Below are positions 52,971 through 61,867 of a stretch of 64,000 bases of DNA, one piece after another. How positions within the stretch are numbered: the stretch's first letter is position 1; each line of letters opens with the position of its first letter. This DNA is from Candidatus Hydrothermales bacterium (lineage in GTDB: Bacteria > Hydrothermota > Hydrothermia > Hydrothermales > JAJRUZ01). The stretch is taken from the NCBI GenBank assembly GCA_039630575.1, contig JBCNUW010000001.1, forward strand, positions 96,659 to 160,658, read 5' to 3'. The notes under the pieces were generated by a model, which saw only the letters and a program-made list of their open reading frames with translations, did no database searches and was not told where the DNA came from. A program made the translations under genes and the position numbers.

Positions 52971-54134
52971 ATGGGAAATATAAAAATAGTTTCAGCTGAA
53001 AATGATAGAGATTTAGAACTTTTTATAAAAACTCAAAGTGAAATTTATAAGAGTTTACCACTTGTTGGATATGTAGAACCTTTAAAAGTTTTAGAGATGA
53101 ATCATTTAAATCCAAGAGGTCACAATCCTCTTTTCAAGAAAATGTTTGTAAGGTATTTTATTGCTTTAAAGAATGATAAACCTGTAGGAAGGATTAGTGC
53201 ATATAAGGTTTTTCATAAGGTTTTTGGTATTGACGAAAAGATTACAGGTTTTTTTGGACATTTTGAATCAATTCCTGATAAGGAAGTTGCTTCATTGTTG
53301 CTTGAAAGTGCGCAGAGTTTCCTTAAAAGTTTAAATTGTGAAAAAATAATAGGTCCTGCGAGTTTTGCATATGATGGTGTTTACGGTGTTCAAATCAAAG
53401 GTTTTGAATATCTTCCGATGGTTATGACTCCCTGGAATCCTGAGTACTATTCTGATCTCATTGAAGAATGTGGATATAAGAAAATGATAGATTTTTTGGG
53501 TTGGTTTATCCCTTTATACGTAATCCATCCAAGACTATCTAAAATTGTGAGTGTAGAAGATAGACTCTATAGAGAAAATGGTATAAAAATTAGAAAGGCA
53601 AATTTAAAAAATTTTAAAGAGGAACTTAAGAAGGTAAAGGATATATACAATAGTGCTTGGGAAAACAATTTTGGAACAGTTCCTCTTGAAGAGGAGGATA
53701 TTGAGTACATAGCAGAGAATCTAAAACCTTTAATTGTGAATGATGGGGCATTAATTTCAGAGATAAAAGGTGAACCTGTAGGAGTTGCCATAGGAATTCC
53801 TAATTTTCTTGAAGCGATAAGGGATTTTAAGGGTAATTTAAATCCTCTAAACACAGTTAAACTTTTATGGCGTTTAAACAAATTGCCTTTCTCATCTGGT
53901 ATTCCAAGACTTAAATCGGCAAGACTTTTAATCCTTGGAGTAAAAAAGGAGTATCAAGAGGGTGTAGGTGTTTTGATGGCAGCAAAAATTTTACTTAAGG
54001 GTTATGAGTTTGGTTATAAATACGGAGAAGGCTCTTTAACTTTAGAGAATAATTATGATATTAACAATTTAATAAGAAGGTTAGGAGGCTTGCCTTATAA
54101 GATTTATAGGGTATTTTATAAAGAAATTTCTTAG
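52971..54134 (+). CDS. GNAT-fold protein (YghO-like)
   Basis: VGRISA, GFFGHFE, PWNPEYY, YNSAWENNFG.VP, LGVKKEYQ, YKIYRVF. Confidence 0.75.
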   Translation: MGNIKIVSAENDRDLELFIKTQSEIYKSLPLVGYVEPLKVLEMNHLNPRGHNPLFKKMFVRYFIALKNDKPVGRISAYKVFHKVFGIDEKITGFFGHFESIPDKEVASLLLESAQSFLKSLNCEKIIGPASFAYDGVYGVQIKGFEYLPMVMTPWNPEYYSDLIEECGYKKMIDFLGWFIPLYVIHPRLSKIVSVEDRLYRENGIKIRKANLKNFKEELKKVKDIYNSAWENNFGTVPLEEEDIEYIAENLKPLIVNDGALISEIKGEPVGVAIGIPNFLEAIRDFKGNLNPLNTVKLLWRLNKLPFSSGIPRLKSARLLILGVKKEYQEGVGVLMAAKILLKGYEFGYKYGEGSLTLENNYDINNLIRRLGGLPYKIYRVFYKEIS

Positions 54135-54155
54135 TTTTATCTTATAATTATAAGA

Positions 54156-54422
54156 ATGGGAGAAAAAAATTTCTCATTTTTTGAATGTAAAAGTTGTGGA
54201 ACTCCAGTTGGTACAAGGAAAAATAAAGAACCAAACTTCTGTCCGCTTTGTAGAGGCAAAATGGTAAAAATAGAAACGGAAATAGACTTAAAAATAAAAA
54301 TTTCTTGTCCTGATTGTAAAAATGAATTTTTAGTTGAGGAAAATTTTGTTCCCTATAAATGTGTATTTTGTAATTTTACTTTTACTGTTTCACCTAACCG
54401 TAGATTTGAAGAGAGACTCTAA
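54156..54422 (+). CDS. Small double zinc-ribbon protein
   Basis: Four CxxC motifs (CKSC, CPLC, CPDC, CVFC) in 88 aa. Confidence 0.7.
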   Translation: MGEKNFSFFECKSCGTPVGTRKNKEPNFCPLCRGKMVKIETEIDLKIKISCPDCKNEFLVEENFVPYKCVFCNFTFTVSPNRRFEERL

Positions 54423-55387
54423 TAAAGTGTACTAAAAATTTGTATTCTTGAATTCATTTGTTCAACAACATAAACTTTATTGTTCCTAACAAAAATACCA
54501 GCTGGTAATCTAAATTGACCTGGATCCCAACCGATTCCCTCTATACCAAGATAAACGTTCCCATACTTATCAAAAATCTGAATTCTATGAAGGAAAGCAT
54601 CTGTTACAAAAATAAAACCTTTATCGTCTACTGCTATTCCCTTCGGTCTAACAAAAAAACCTGGAGCATTACCTGATTTTCCAAAAACACTTATGACTTC
54701 TCCCTTAGTGTTTAAAATCTGAACCCTGAAGTTCCCCCACTCGCATACATAAACATTACCATCTCTATCAATGTTAATACCTCTAGGATAAAGAAATTCT
54801 CCTGGTTTGTTTCCCTTTTTACCTAATGTGTACAGAAACTGACCATCAAGATTAAAAACTTGAATTGCCATAATGCTATCATCGATGACATATAACCTAT
54901 TTCTATAATCATCAACTGTAAGATTTACAGGTTTATAAAGACCCTTTTTTATTATTAAAGACCCTTCAAATTCAGGAAACTTGATACCAAAAACAACACC
55001 AGCTCCAGGATCAGCTACATAGATCATATTTTTTGCCTCAGAAAAAGCAATCCCTGTTGGTCTTATGAATCTAAAATTACGCGAACCAAGATACCATTTA
55101 ACAACCTTATTTGTACAGTCAATAAAAACAATAGTAGAAAAACCAGGATCAGCTACCCAAATTCTTTCCTTAGTGTCAACATAAATTCCAAAGGGATACT
55201 TAAAAAGTCTTATTTTTTTTACTCCAAGAATTCTATTTAACATTCTCTTTACTATGTTAGTTTCTCCAACTACATCTTCTTTTGTGAATAGAAATTTTTC
55301 AAATTTTATTTTTGGGTCTTCAGGTGGTGGTGGCCAAAATATATCGCTTTTTATCTGAATAAAAATAAGAAAAATTAGAAAATTCAT
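54419..55387 (-). CDS. NHL-repeat six-bladed beta-propeller
   Basis: WPPPPEDPKI; repeats F..P.GI.VD..G.I.V.D...RIQIF. Confidence 0.9.
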   Translation of the reverse strand: MNFLIFLIFIQIKSDIFWPPPPEDPKIKFEKFLFTKEDVVGETNIVKRMLNRILGVKKIRLFKYPFGIYVDTKERIWVADPGFSTIVFIDCTNKVVKWYLGSRNFRFIRPTGIAFSEAKNMIYVADPGAGVVFGIKFPEFEGSLIIKKGLYKPVNLTVDDYRNRLYVIDDSIMAIQVFNLDGQFLYTLGKKGNKPGEFLYPRGINIDRDGNVYVCEWGNFRVQILNTKGEVISVFGKSGNAPGFFVRPKGIAVDDKGFIFVTDAFLHRIQIFDKYGNVYLGIEGIGWDPGQFRLPAGIFVRNNKVYVVEQMNSRIQIFSTLY

Positions 55388-56016
55388 CTCTTTTCCTCCG
55401 GTTTATGAGGATTGTGACATTCAAAACAATTTTCTTCCTTAAAATGAAAATTATTAAAGTGACATTCCTCACAAAGATCCTCTGATTTTAAAAGTCTATT
55501 TACACCTCTGTGAATTTTATGACAATTTAAACAAGATAAGACAAAATGTTTTGAAAATGAAATAAAAGTAGAAATTTTGAAATGACATTCTTTGCAAAAG
55601 GTTAATTCCTGGTCTCTTAAAAGAAATTTAGAATCTTTCAGATGGGGATCGTGACAAGTGGTACACTTTATTCCCCTTGTTTTGTCAGTTATAAAACTTT
55701 TTCCAACAGGATGATTGTTTTCATAATACTCTATTCCTAAAAATATTTTTGATGTTTCTGATATTTCGTAAAACTTTCCAATATTGGGGAACAGGTATAT
55801 AAGAAAGGTCTTGTTTGTATGACAATTCATACAGTTAAGGGAAATAAAGTCAAAATCTTTAAAAATCTCTCTTAGCTCCTCATGAGGTTGTATTTTAATT
55901 AAAAAAGGTCCTTGGGCATTATGAGAGTTATGACAAACTTCACAGATTCTTTTACCCTCCTCATTCCTGAAGTCATGAACAAATCTTGAAATTATAAAAA
56001 AGATAATTAAGGTCAT
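55384..56016 (-). CDS. Heptaheme cytochrome c with OmcE-like N-terminal module
   Basis: CEVCH, CMNCH, CTTCH, CKECH, CLNCH, CEECH, CFECH. Start moved to ATG 56016. Confidence 0.88.
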   Translation of the reverse strand: MTLIIFFIISRFVHDFRNEEGKRICEVCHNSHNAQGPFLIKIQPHEELREIFKDFDFISLNCMNCHTNKTFLIYLFPNIGKFYEISETSKIFLGIEYYENNHPVGKSFITDKTRGIKCTTCHDPHLKDSKFLLRDQELTFCKECHFKISTFISFSKHFVLSCLNCHKIHRGVNRLLKSEDLCEECHFNNFHFKEENCFECHNPHKPEEKR

Positions 56017-56810
56017 TTCTTGTGACAAACAGTACATACCGGTTTGTTTGGCCATTTTAAGTGATAACCAAATCGTGTTCCATGGGGATCATGGCAGCTA
56101 TTACAGAAGAGGTTACTTTTCTCAGCAGGATGATTAGCAACTGGATGATGATAACTATAGAGCTCCTTTTCATGACATAATGTGCATAAAATTTGTATTC
56201 TATCCTTTAAAAGCTTATTTTCCATTGAAGAGTGTGGATCATGGCATATTCCACATTCAAACATGGCATAAGGACTGTGAAGATAAAAATCATCTTTTAA
56301 TTCGTGACAGTTTACACATAATTTTTCTTCCTCAGGTTCCTCAAAGATCCTTTTATGACATTCACTACAATTTGGATCATCAAAAGGTGGGTGAAATTTT
56401 AGTCCTTTTTCAAATTTTTCTTTGTGACATATAAAACAAGAAAGATCTTCTTTTTTTGATACTCTTTTAAATTCTATATCATGACAAGCTCGACAAATTT
56501 TCTCATTTTCACTCCTATGAAACTTATAGGGCTGAAGTGGAGTTTTGAAATTAAAAGAGGGAAAGAAATAAACTGTAATTATCTTAGATTCAGTTTTTTT
56601 ATTTTTATCATAGTAAAGTATAAATTCATTTTTACCTAATTTAAGTTCTAAGATAAAGTGTTTAATATTATCAGCTGAGAAGGAATCATATAACATTTCA
56701 GGTTTTGAAATCCAGGCTTTGTCTGCATCTACTATTATCCTAACAAATCTACTTTTAATGAAAGAAATTTCCGGTGGAATTAAAAGCGAAAATAAAATAG
56801 AATTAATCAA
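56013..56810 (-). CDS. Octaheme cytochrome c with N-terminal non-heme (Ig-like?) domain
   Basis: CRACH, CFICH, CSECH, CVNCH, CGICH, CTLCH, CNSCH, CTVCH. Probable TTG start at 56810 overlapping the upstream TGA. Confidence 0.88.
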   Translation of the reverse strand: MINSILFSLLIPPEISFIKSRFVRIIVDADKAWISKPEMLYDSFSADNIKHFILELKLGKNEFILYYDKNKKTESKIITVYFFPSFNFKTPLQPYKFHRSENEKICRACHDIEFKRVSKKEDLSCFICHKEKFEKGLKFHPPFDDPNCSECHKRIFEEPEEEKLCVNCHELKDDFYLHSPYAMFECGICHDPHSSMENKLLKDRIQILCTLCHEKELYSYHHPVANHPAEKSNLFCNSCHDPHGTRFGYHLKWPNKPVCTVCHKK

Positions 56811-57691
56811 TATTCTGCTTTTCCGTGACATGCTGGTCCACAAGTTCCCTTTTTTTCAGTTTTTATGAAATCAAAATTTAAGACATAGTTGTAAGGTCCA
56901 AATTTTTTACCACCCTCAACAAGTGCAAAATTTTTTGAAAAGTGAGGGTTATGACAAAAGGAACAAACTATTCCTTTTTCTCTCTTTACATGAACTTTAT
57001 GTAAGTTTTCCTCGCCTCTTTTGAAAGAAGATTTCTCAGAAAAAAGATCTTCCAAATTATGACAATTAAAACATAACTCATACTGAAGATGAGTAAAAAA
57101 TACATAAGGTTTATTTGGATACATTGAGTTTAATAACATGGTGAAATTAGATTGATGAGGATTATGACATGTTATGCAATTTTCAATAGGTGGATGTTTA
57201 TACTTTTTTACTCTATACTGTTCTTCCATTTCCTTATGACAATCAAAACATAGTGAATTAGTTTCCCTTAATAAATATGACCTTTTATCATTTCCATGAA
57301 CATCATGACAACTTTTGCATTTACCATCAACAAAGGGCGCATGAAAACTTAATGCAGTTTTTGATAGTTCCTTATGACAGCTTGAACATAAATATGGTAG
57401 TTTTTCTCTTAGCAAAAAGTTCAAAGGTGATGAGTGAGGGTTGTGACAATGCGTGCATTTGTTATCGTTTGGGGGGTGTTTAAATTTTGATTTATTTTCA
57501 TGACAATTTAGGCAAATACTGTTAATATTTTCAATCTTTTTAAAGGGGTGTTCACCTTCAAGGTTATGGCATAATGAACAATCTTCTTTCACAGGTTGAT
57601 GTAAAACTCTTTCTTCTATCAAAATATCATGACAACCTCTTTCTGTGCAATCCCTTTCTTGTGAGATTAAAAAAATTATTAACATAATCAT
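56807..57691 (-). CDS. Multiheme cytochrome c (9 CxxCH + CX4CH + CX3CH)
   Basis: Paired HxP..CxxCHxPH..LL..LCxxCH repeats; terminal CTERGCH and CGPACH. Confidence 0.9.
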   Translation of the reverse strand: MIMLIIFLISQERDCTERGCHDILIEERVLHQPVKEDCSLCHNLEGEHPFKKIENINSICLNCHENKSKFKHPPNDNKCTHCHNPHSSPLNFLLREKLPYLCSSCHKELSKTALSFHAPFVDGKCKSCHDVHGNDKRSYLLRETNSLCFDCHKEMEEQYRVKKYKHPPIENCITCHNPHQSNFTMLLNSMYPNKPYVFFTHLQYELCFNCHNLEDLFSEKSSFKRGEENLHKVHVKREKGIVCSFCHNPHFSKNFALVEGGKKFGPYNYVLNFDFIKTEKKGTCGPACHGKAEY

Positions 57692-59265
57692 TTTATCTTA
57701 AAATCTCTTTTTAAAAGAAAGTAAAAAACAAAATTGTGCTCCTCTTTTGGGTAAATCAAATAAATATATTCAAAATTTAATTTTAAATTCAAAACGTTAT
57801 AATTCCTTTCAAAACCGACAGTCAAACTGTTTTCGAGCTTATTTCTAAAGTATAACCTCTCCTCTAGAGAAAAAATATTAAATAGTTTTAAAGGAATTTT
57901 AAGTGTAAATTTGAAAAAACTCCTTGTTAATACCAAAAAATCCGTCCTTATATATTCTTGAAAATAAGATAAATTAAGGGGCATTTGCCTAATTTTAAGA
58001 TCAATTCTTGTGCGATATTCAGTCCAAATATTCATCTTACTATTTAAAAAAGAAAAATTCCTATCAAAATTAAAGTTGAGTGTAATAATATATCTTGGTG
58101 AATCGTAAATTAAAGTTAAATTTGTATTAAAACCAAAAATTTTTTGGTTCCTTACAGGCCATTTATCATTGAAAGCTCTATAGTACAAATTATAGAAAAA
58201 TTTTAAAAATCTAAAATTCAAGAAAAAATTTTGCTCAAAAAGACCCCTATTTCCAACCAAATAGCCCCACCCTTTTCCTAACGGATCCTGACTGAAAGAA
58301 AAGGAAATATAAGGAGAAAATGTAAAAAATCTAGGGTAATTTAAAAATTTAAGGTCATATATCTGAGCTACTCTCTCATAAAACCTTGTTCCTCTTGGTA
58401 AAGAACCTGTTTCAAAATCTATAAAGGTACTAGAAATTATTCTATCTGAAAAATACTTCTTAAAACTTGAATTTAAACTTTGAGAGGTGAAAATTTTTGA
58501 TTTTTTAAAAGAGTAGTAAAAATCAAAAATGTAATCAAAATTTTTTAATTTAATATAATTAAAATTTGAGTTAGTGTAGCCATAGTTCTTTCTGAATAAA
58601 TATATTATGTTTAACTTGATTTTCCTATCTTTAGTGTTATTGTTGTAATTAAAATTTACATTTTCAAATCCTTGACCATAATCTGGAAGTTCTTTTTTGT
58701 AATTGAAATAAAAGGAATGTTTTTTTAAGGAAAAACTTGAATTAAAACCGAGGGATTTTAAAGTCAATAAGACTTCCTTATTATACGAATAGAAAAAATT
58801 AAATTTTGGAAAATTACTTAAATTAAGGGACTGCGAGATTGTATAAGTTGATTTTTTTTTAGAAAATAATATTTTATTCTCCCTTTTAAGTTCCTCTGTT
58901 TTAAAAGAGAATCTAAAAGGAAAAGAAGTTTTTGAAAAAATACTAACATCAAGAAAAAAGGGGGATTTTAAAAAAATTTTCTCTTTTTCTTTATCTAAAT
59001 TTTCCTTAAAAACTTGCCAAATAAAGTATGTTCTAAAGTCGAAAGATATAAATTCTCTTTTATACACAAAACCATTTATAATTAAGTTTAAATAATTCTC
59101 ATAATCTTTGTAAAAGGGTTTTGCTAAAGATCTCTCAAATTTACCAAAAGAAAAATATCTCTCTGAAAAGATGCTTAAGTTAAAATTTGTTATCTCAGAA
59201 TTTAAATTTTTTAAAAGAAATAAATGGGGGAGAAGAAATATTCTCCCCCATTTTATCCTAAACAC
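57688..59265 (-). CDS. Probable outer-membrane beta-barrel (porin of cytochrome cluster)
   Basis: About 525 aa of alternating aromatic strands ending FYFLLKRDF; sits between cytochrome genes. Start uncertain. Confidence 0.65.
   Translation of the reverse strand: MFRIKWGRIFLLPHLFLLKNLNSEITNFNLSIFSERYFSFGKFERSLAKPFYKDYENYLNLIINGFVYKREFISFDFRTYFIWQVFKENLDKEKEKIFLKSPFFLDVSIFSKTSFPFRFSFKTEELKRENKILFSKKKSTYTISQSLNLSNFPKFNFFYSYNKEVLLTLKSLGFNSSFSLKKHSFYFNYKKELPDYGQGFENVNFNYNNNTKDRKIKLNIIYLFRKNYGYTNSNFNYIKLKNFDYIFDFYYSFKKSKIFTSQSLNSSFKKYFSDRIISSTFIDFETGSLPRGTRFYERVAQIYDLKFLNYPRFFTFSPYISFSFSQDPLGKGWGYLVGNRGLFEQNFFLNFRFLKFFYNLYYRAFNDKWPVRNQKIFGFNTNLTLIYDSPRYIITLNFNFDRNFSFLNSKMNIWTEYRTRIDLKIRQMPLNLSYFQEYIRTDFLVLTRSFFKFTLKIPLKLFNIFSLEERLYFRNKLENSLTVGFERNYNVLNLKLNFEYIYLIYPKEEHNFVFYFLLKRDFKIK
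59222..59253 (-). terminator. 13-bp hairpin terminator/attenuator after tetraheme gene
   Basis: AAATGGGGGAGAA-6 nt-TTCTCCCCCATTT, followed on the minus strand by ATTTCTTTT. Confidence 0.75.
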
Positions 59266-59292
59266 AATAAAATTTAGAATTTAATTTACTAT

Positions 59293-59925
59293 TTACTTTA
59301 TATGACAATCAAGGCAAATTTGACTGTTTGTGGTGTCACCCCTTAAGAAACTATAGGGGGGTTGAGCAACATCTACATTATGGGGATCATGGCAAGTAGA
59401 GCAAGTCATCACTGAATCAGCACCAGGTTGTATACCTGAAAAATTATAGAGTGGATAACCCCATGTTGAAGGAGGGTTAAATTTAGTAGGCGGCAATCTT
59501 CCCGGTGCCACATCCATATCGACTGGATGAGAGTAAATAAGAGTATCATTTGTTCCACTTGTAACATCAGGAGGATCTTGAACAGCTGCACCAACATTCC
59601 TTGGACCAAATGAGTAAAGTGTCCCAAGATCAGCTCTTGTTTGAGTTCCATCATGACAGGAAAGACAAGCATAACTTATCCAAGAGGCTCTTGTCATTGG
59701 GTCTGTATAGGTTCCGTTATATAGAGCTGAAATAGTGGGTACATAAACCCTATTCCAAAGATAATAAAAATTTTGACTGGGATTAGCATTGTGCGGTGTA
59801 TGGCAGTATATGCAAACTTGTCCTGCATTGGGTCTGTTAAAATCATGCCTACTTCCTACAATTGTTGCATGAAGCCAAATATAAAAGGTTGAAAGAACTA
59901 GAACTACTATAATCATTTTCTTCAT
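59293..59925 (-). CDS. Tetraheme cytochrome c, OmcE-like (candidate nanowire subunit)
   Basis: Sec signal; HDF..QVCIYCHTPHNA..LWNR..ISYACLSCHDG..HPV..PLY..CSTCHDPH..FLR..SQICLDCHIK. Confidence 0.85.
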   Translation of the reverse strand: MKKMIIVVLVLSTFYIWLHATIVGSRHDFNRPNAGQVCIYCHTPHNANPSQNFYYLWNRVYVPTISALYNGTYTDPMTRASWISYACLSCHDGTQTRADLGTLYSFGPRNVGAAVQDPPDVTSGTNDTLIYSHPVDMDVAPGRLPPTKFNPPSTWGYPLYNFSGIQPGADSVMTCSTCHDPHNVDVAQPPYSFLRGDTTNSQICLDCHIK

Positions 59926-59949
59926 AAACTTTACCTCCTAACATATAAA

Positions 59950-59962
59950 GGGACTTGAACCC
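59950..59962 (-). promoter_or_regulatory. T-arm-like leader hairpin, copy 5
   Basis: Minus strand GGG-TTCAAGT-CCC, 24 nt before ATG 59925. Confidence 0.6.
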
Positions 59963-60018
59963 ATTTAAACTTAATACCTTATTTTTAATTTTACCTTGAT
60001 TCATAATTCAAATTCAAT

Positions 60019-60675
60019 TTAAAGAATTATCTTTATAATTGTAACAAAGAGAGAATAAAAAAACCAAAGAAAAAAAGATATGAAAATTCCCTTTTTTCTC
60101 TCAATATCACCGATGTGATGAAGGGCAAGACCATAAAGAAAAGTCGCCCATAATGTAAAAAATCCAGCCTGTTCGAGGAAAATTCTAAAAAAATTTTTCT
60201 CTGATAGGAACAATAAAAAGATAGAAAAATTAAGTTTCACATTAGGATTCCCGGTCAAAAGAGCTATAGGAAAAGCAACAATTGATCCTAAAAGATTTAT
60301 TGCATATATATGAATAGCCGAACTGAAAAAAGCAATAAAATCACCTTTTCCTTTAAAAAGTGTAGAGATTAAAAAAAATATAAATCCCAAAGTAAGAGTT
60401 TGGATAAAAAAACCAAATATACTCGAAAAGATTGTCAAAATATAGAATAAAGGTGAACCCATAAATTCCATGGCACGTTCAATAGCCTCTTCTGGTAGAT
60501 TCCTTTCACTTAATATACTCTCTTTGTTTGGTAAAATTACAAATTGGATATAAAGGAGAGTAATAATTAGAAAAGTAATTAATATTGTAGCAGAGGGTAA
60601 AAGAAGAGGTTTTTTATCCTTTATAGTTTTCAAGGCTTCATTCGGATTATAAAAGATTTTTAAGATTAGATTCAT
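60019..60675 (-). CDS. Yip1-like membrane protein
   Basis: IFYNP.EA...IK.K N-terminus, five TM segments, F.LW..FL...AL. Confidence 0.7.
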   Translation of the reverse strand: MNLILKIFYNPNEALKTIKDKKPLLLPSATILITFLIITLLYIQFVILPNKESILSERNLPEEAIERAMEFMGSPLFYILTIFSSIFGFFIQTLTLGFIFFLISTLFKGKGDFIAFFSSAIHIYAINLLGSIVAFPIALLTGNPNVKLNFSIFLLFLSEKNFFRIFLEQAGFFTLWATFLYGLALHHIGDIERKKGIFISFFLWFFYSLFVTIIKIIL

Positions 60676-60724
60676 TTATTCCTCCTTTTTATTTATAAAA
60701 ATTTTAAAATAAAAGATATAAAAA

Positions 60725-61867
60725 TTAAAGAAAAAGCAAAAGTAAAGAAGCCAAAAATGATAAAAGAGAGCATACTAAAAAAGGTACTTTCGTTCCAAAA
60801 ATTTCCCATAAAATTCCAAACAAAAAAGATGCGAATAAAAGACCAAAACCTTGTACAAAGTAAAAAAGTCCAAATCCAGTTCCCTTTTTATCTTCTGGTA
60901 AAAAACTTGATACCAATGCTCTTTCAACTCCTTCAGTTAAGCCAAAATAGAGTCCATAAAGTATAAAAAAAAATATAAAGGAAGAAAAGGAAATAGAATA
61001 GGCAAATCCTAAATAGGATAAAGAGTAAATTAACCAACCTAAAAGGAGTACTCTCTTTTTTCCAAATTTATCAGCAAAATATCCTGCTGGCAAAGAGCTT
61101 AGAGCTTTAATTAAATTCAGAACGGACCAAAAAAGTGGAATAGTAATCAAAAGAGCACCCTCATTTTTTGCCTTAAGCAGTATAAAAGTATCAGAAGCAT
61201 TTGCTATTGTGAAAATGAAAAAAATAAAAAGAAATAAATAAAACTTAAAAGGCAATTTAAAATAAAAGGAAAGTTTTTTATCTTTAGTTTTTTTAAAGTT
61301 AATTTCTCTTTCTTTTACAAATATCAGTACAAAAAGAACTGAAAAAAGTCCAGGAATAATTGAAAAATAGAAAATCTCCCTTATTGAAAAGTGCGTCAAA
61401 AGTAAAATTGTAAACAGTGGTCCTATAAAGGCGCCCAGATGATCCATAGCTCTTTGAAATGAAAAAGCTTTTCCCGATTCACTTTCAGAGACAGAAAGAG
61501 AAATGAGGGCATCTCTTGGAGCACCTCTTATTCCTTTCCCAAGTCTGTCTAAAAATCTTAAAAAAACTACCTGATATAAATTAACAGAAAAACCAACCAG
61601 TGGTCTTGTAATAGCTGCTAAAAGGTATCCTAAAACTATAATTTTTTTTCTTTCTTTAATTCTGTCTGAGATGTTACCTGAGATAAGTTTAAATAAACTT
61701 GATGTAAGTTCTGAAATTCCTTCAACTACACCTAGCCCCATTGGTCCTTTTTTTAAATTCTCAACAATAAACAAGGGAAGAAGGGGGTGAATAAGTTCAG
61801 ATGCGATATCATTAAAAAGAGAAGTAAGACCAAGAAAAAAAACATTTTTACTTAGCCACTTTTTCAT
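60725..61867 (-). CDS. MFS transporter
   Basis: SLFNDIASE, G.ISDRIKERK, DRLGKGIRGAPRDA, GYFADKFGKK. Confidence 0.9.
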   Translation of the reverse strand: MKKWLSKNVFFLGLTSLFNDIASELIHPLLPLFIVENLKKGPMGLGVVEGISELTSSLFKLISGNISDRIKERKKIIVLGYLLAAITRPLVGFSVNLYQVVFLRFLDRLGKGIRGAPRDALISLSVSESESGKAFSFQRAMDHLGAFIGPLFTILLLTHFSIREIFYFSIIPGLFSVLFVLIFVKEREINFKKTKDKKLSFYFKLPFKFYLFLFIFFIFTIANASDTFILLKAKNEGALLITIPLFWSVLNLIKALSSLPAGYFADKFGKKRVLLLGWLIYSLSYLGFAYSISFSSFIFFFILYGLYFGLTEGVERALVSSFLPEDKKGTGFGLFYFVQGFGLLFASFLFGILWEIFGTKVPFLVCSLLSFLASLLLLFL

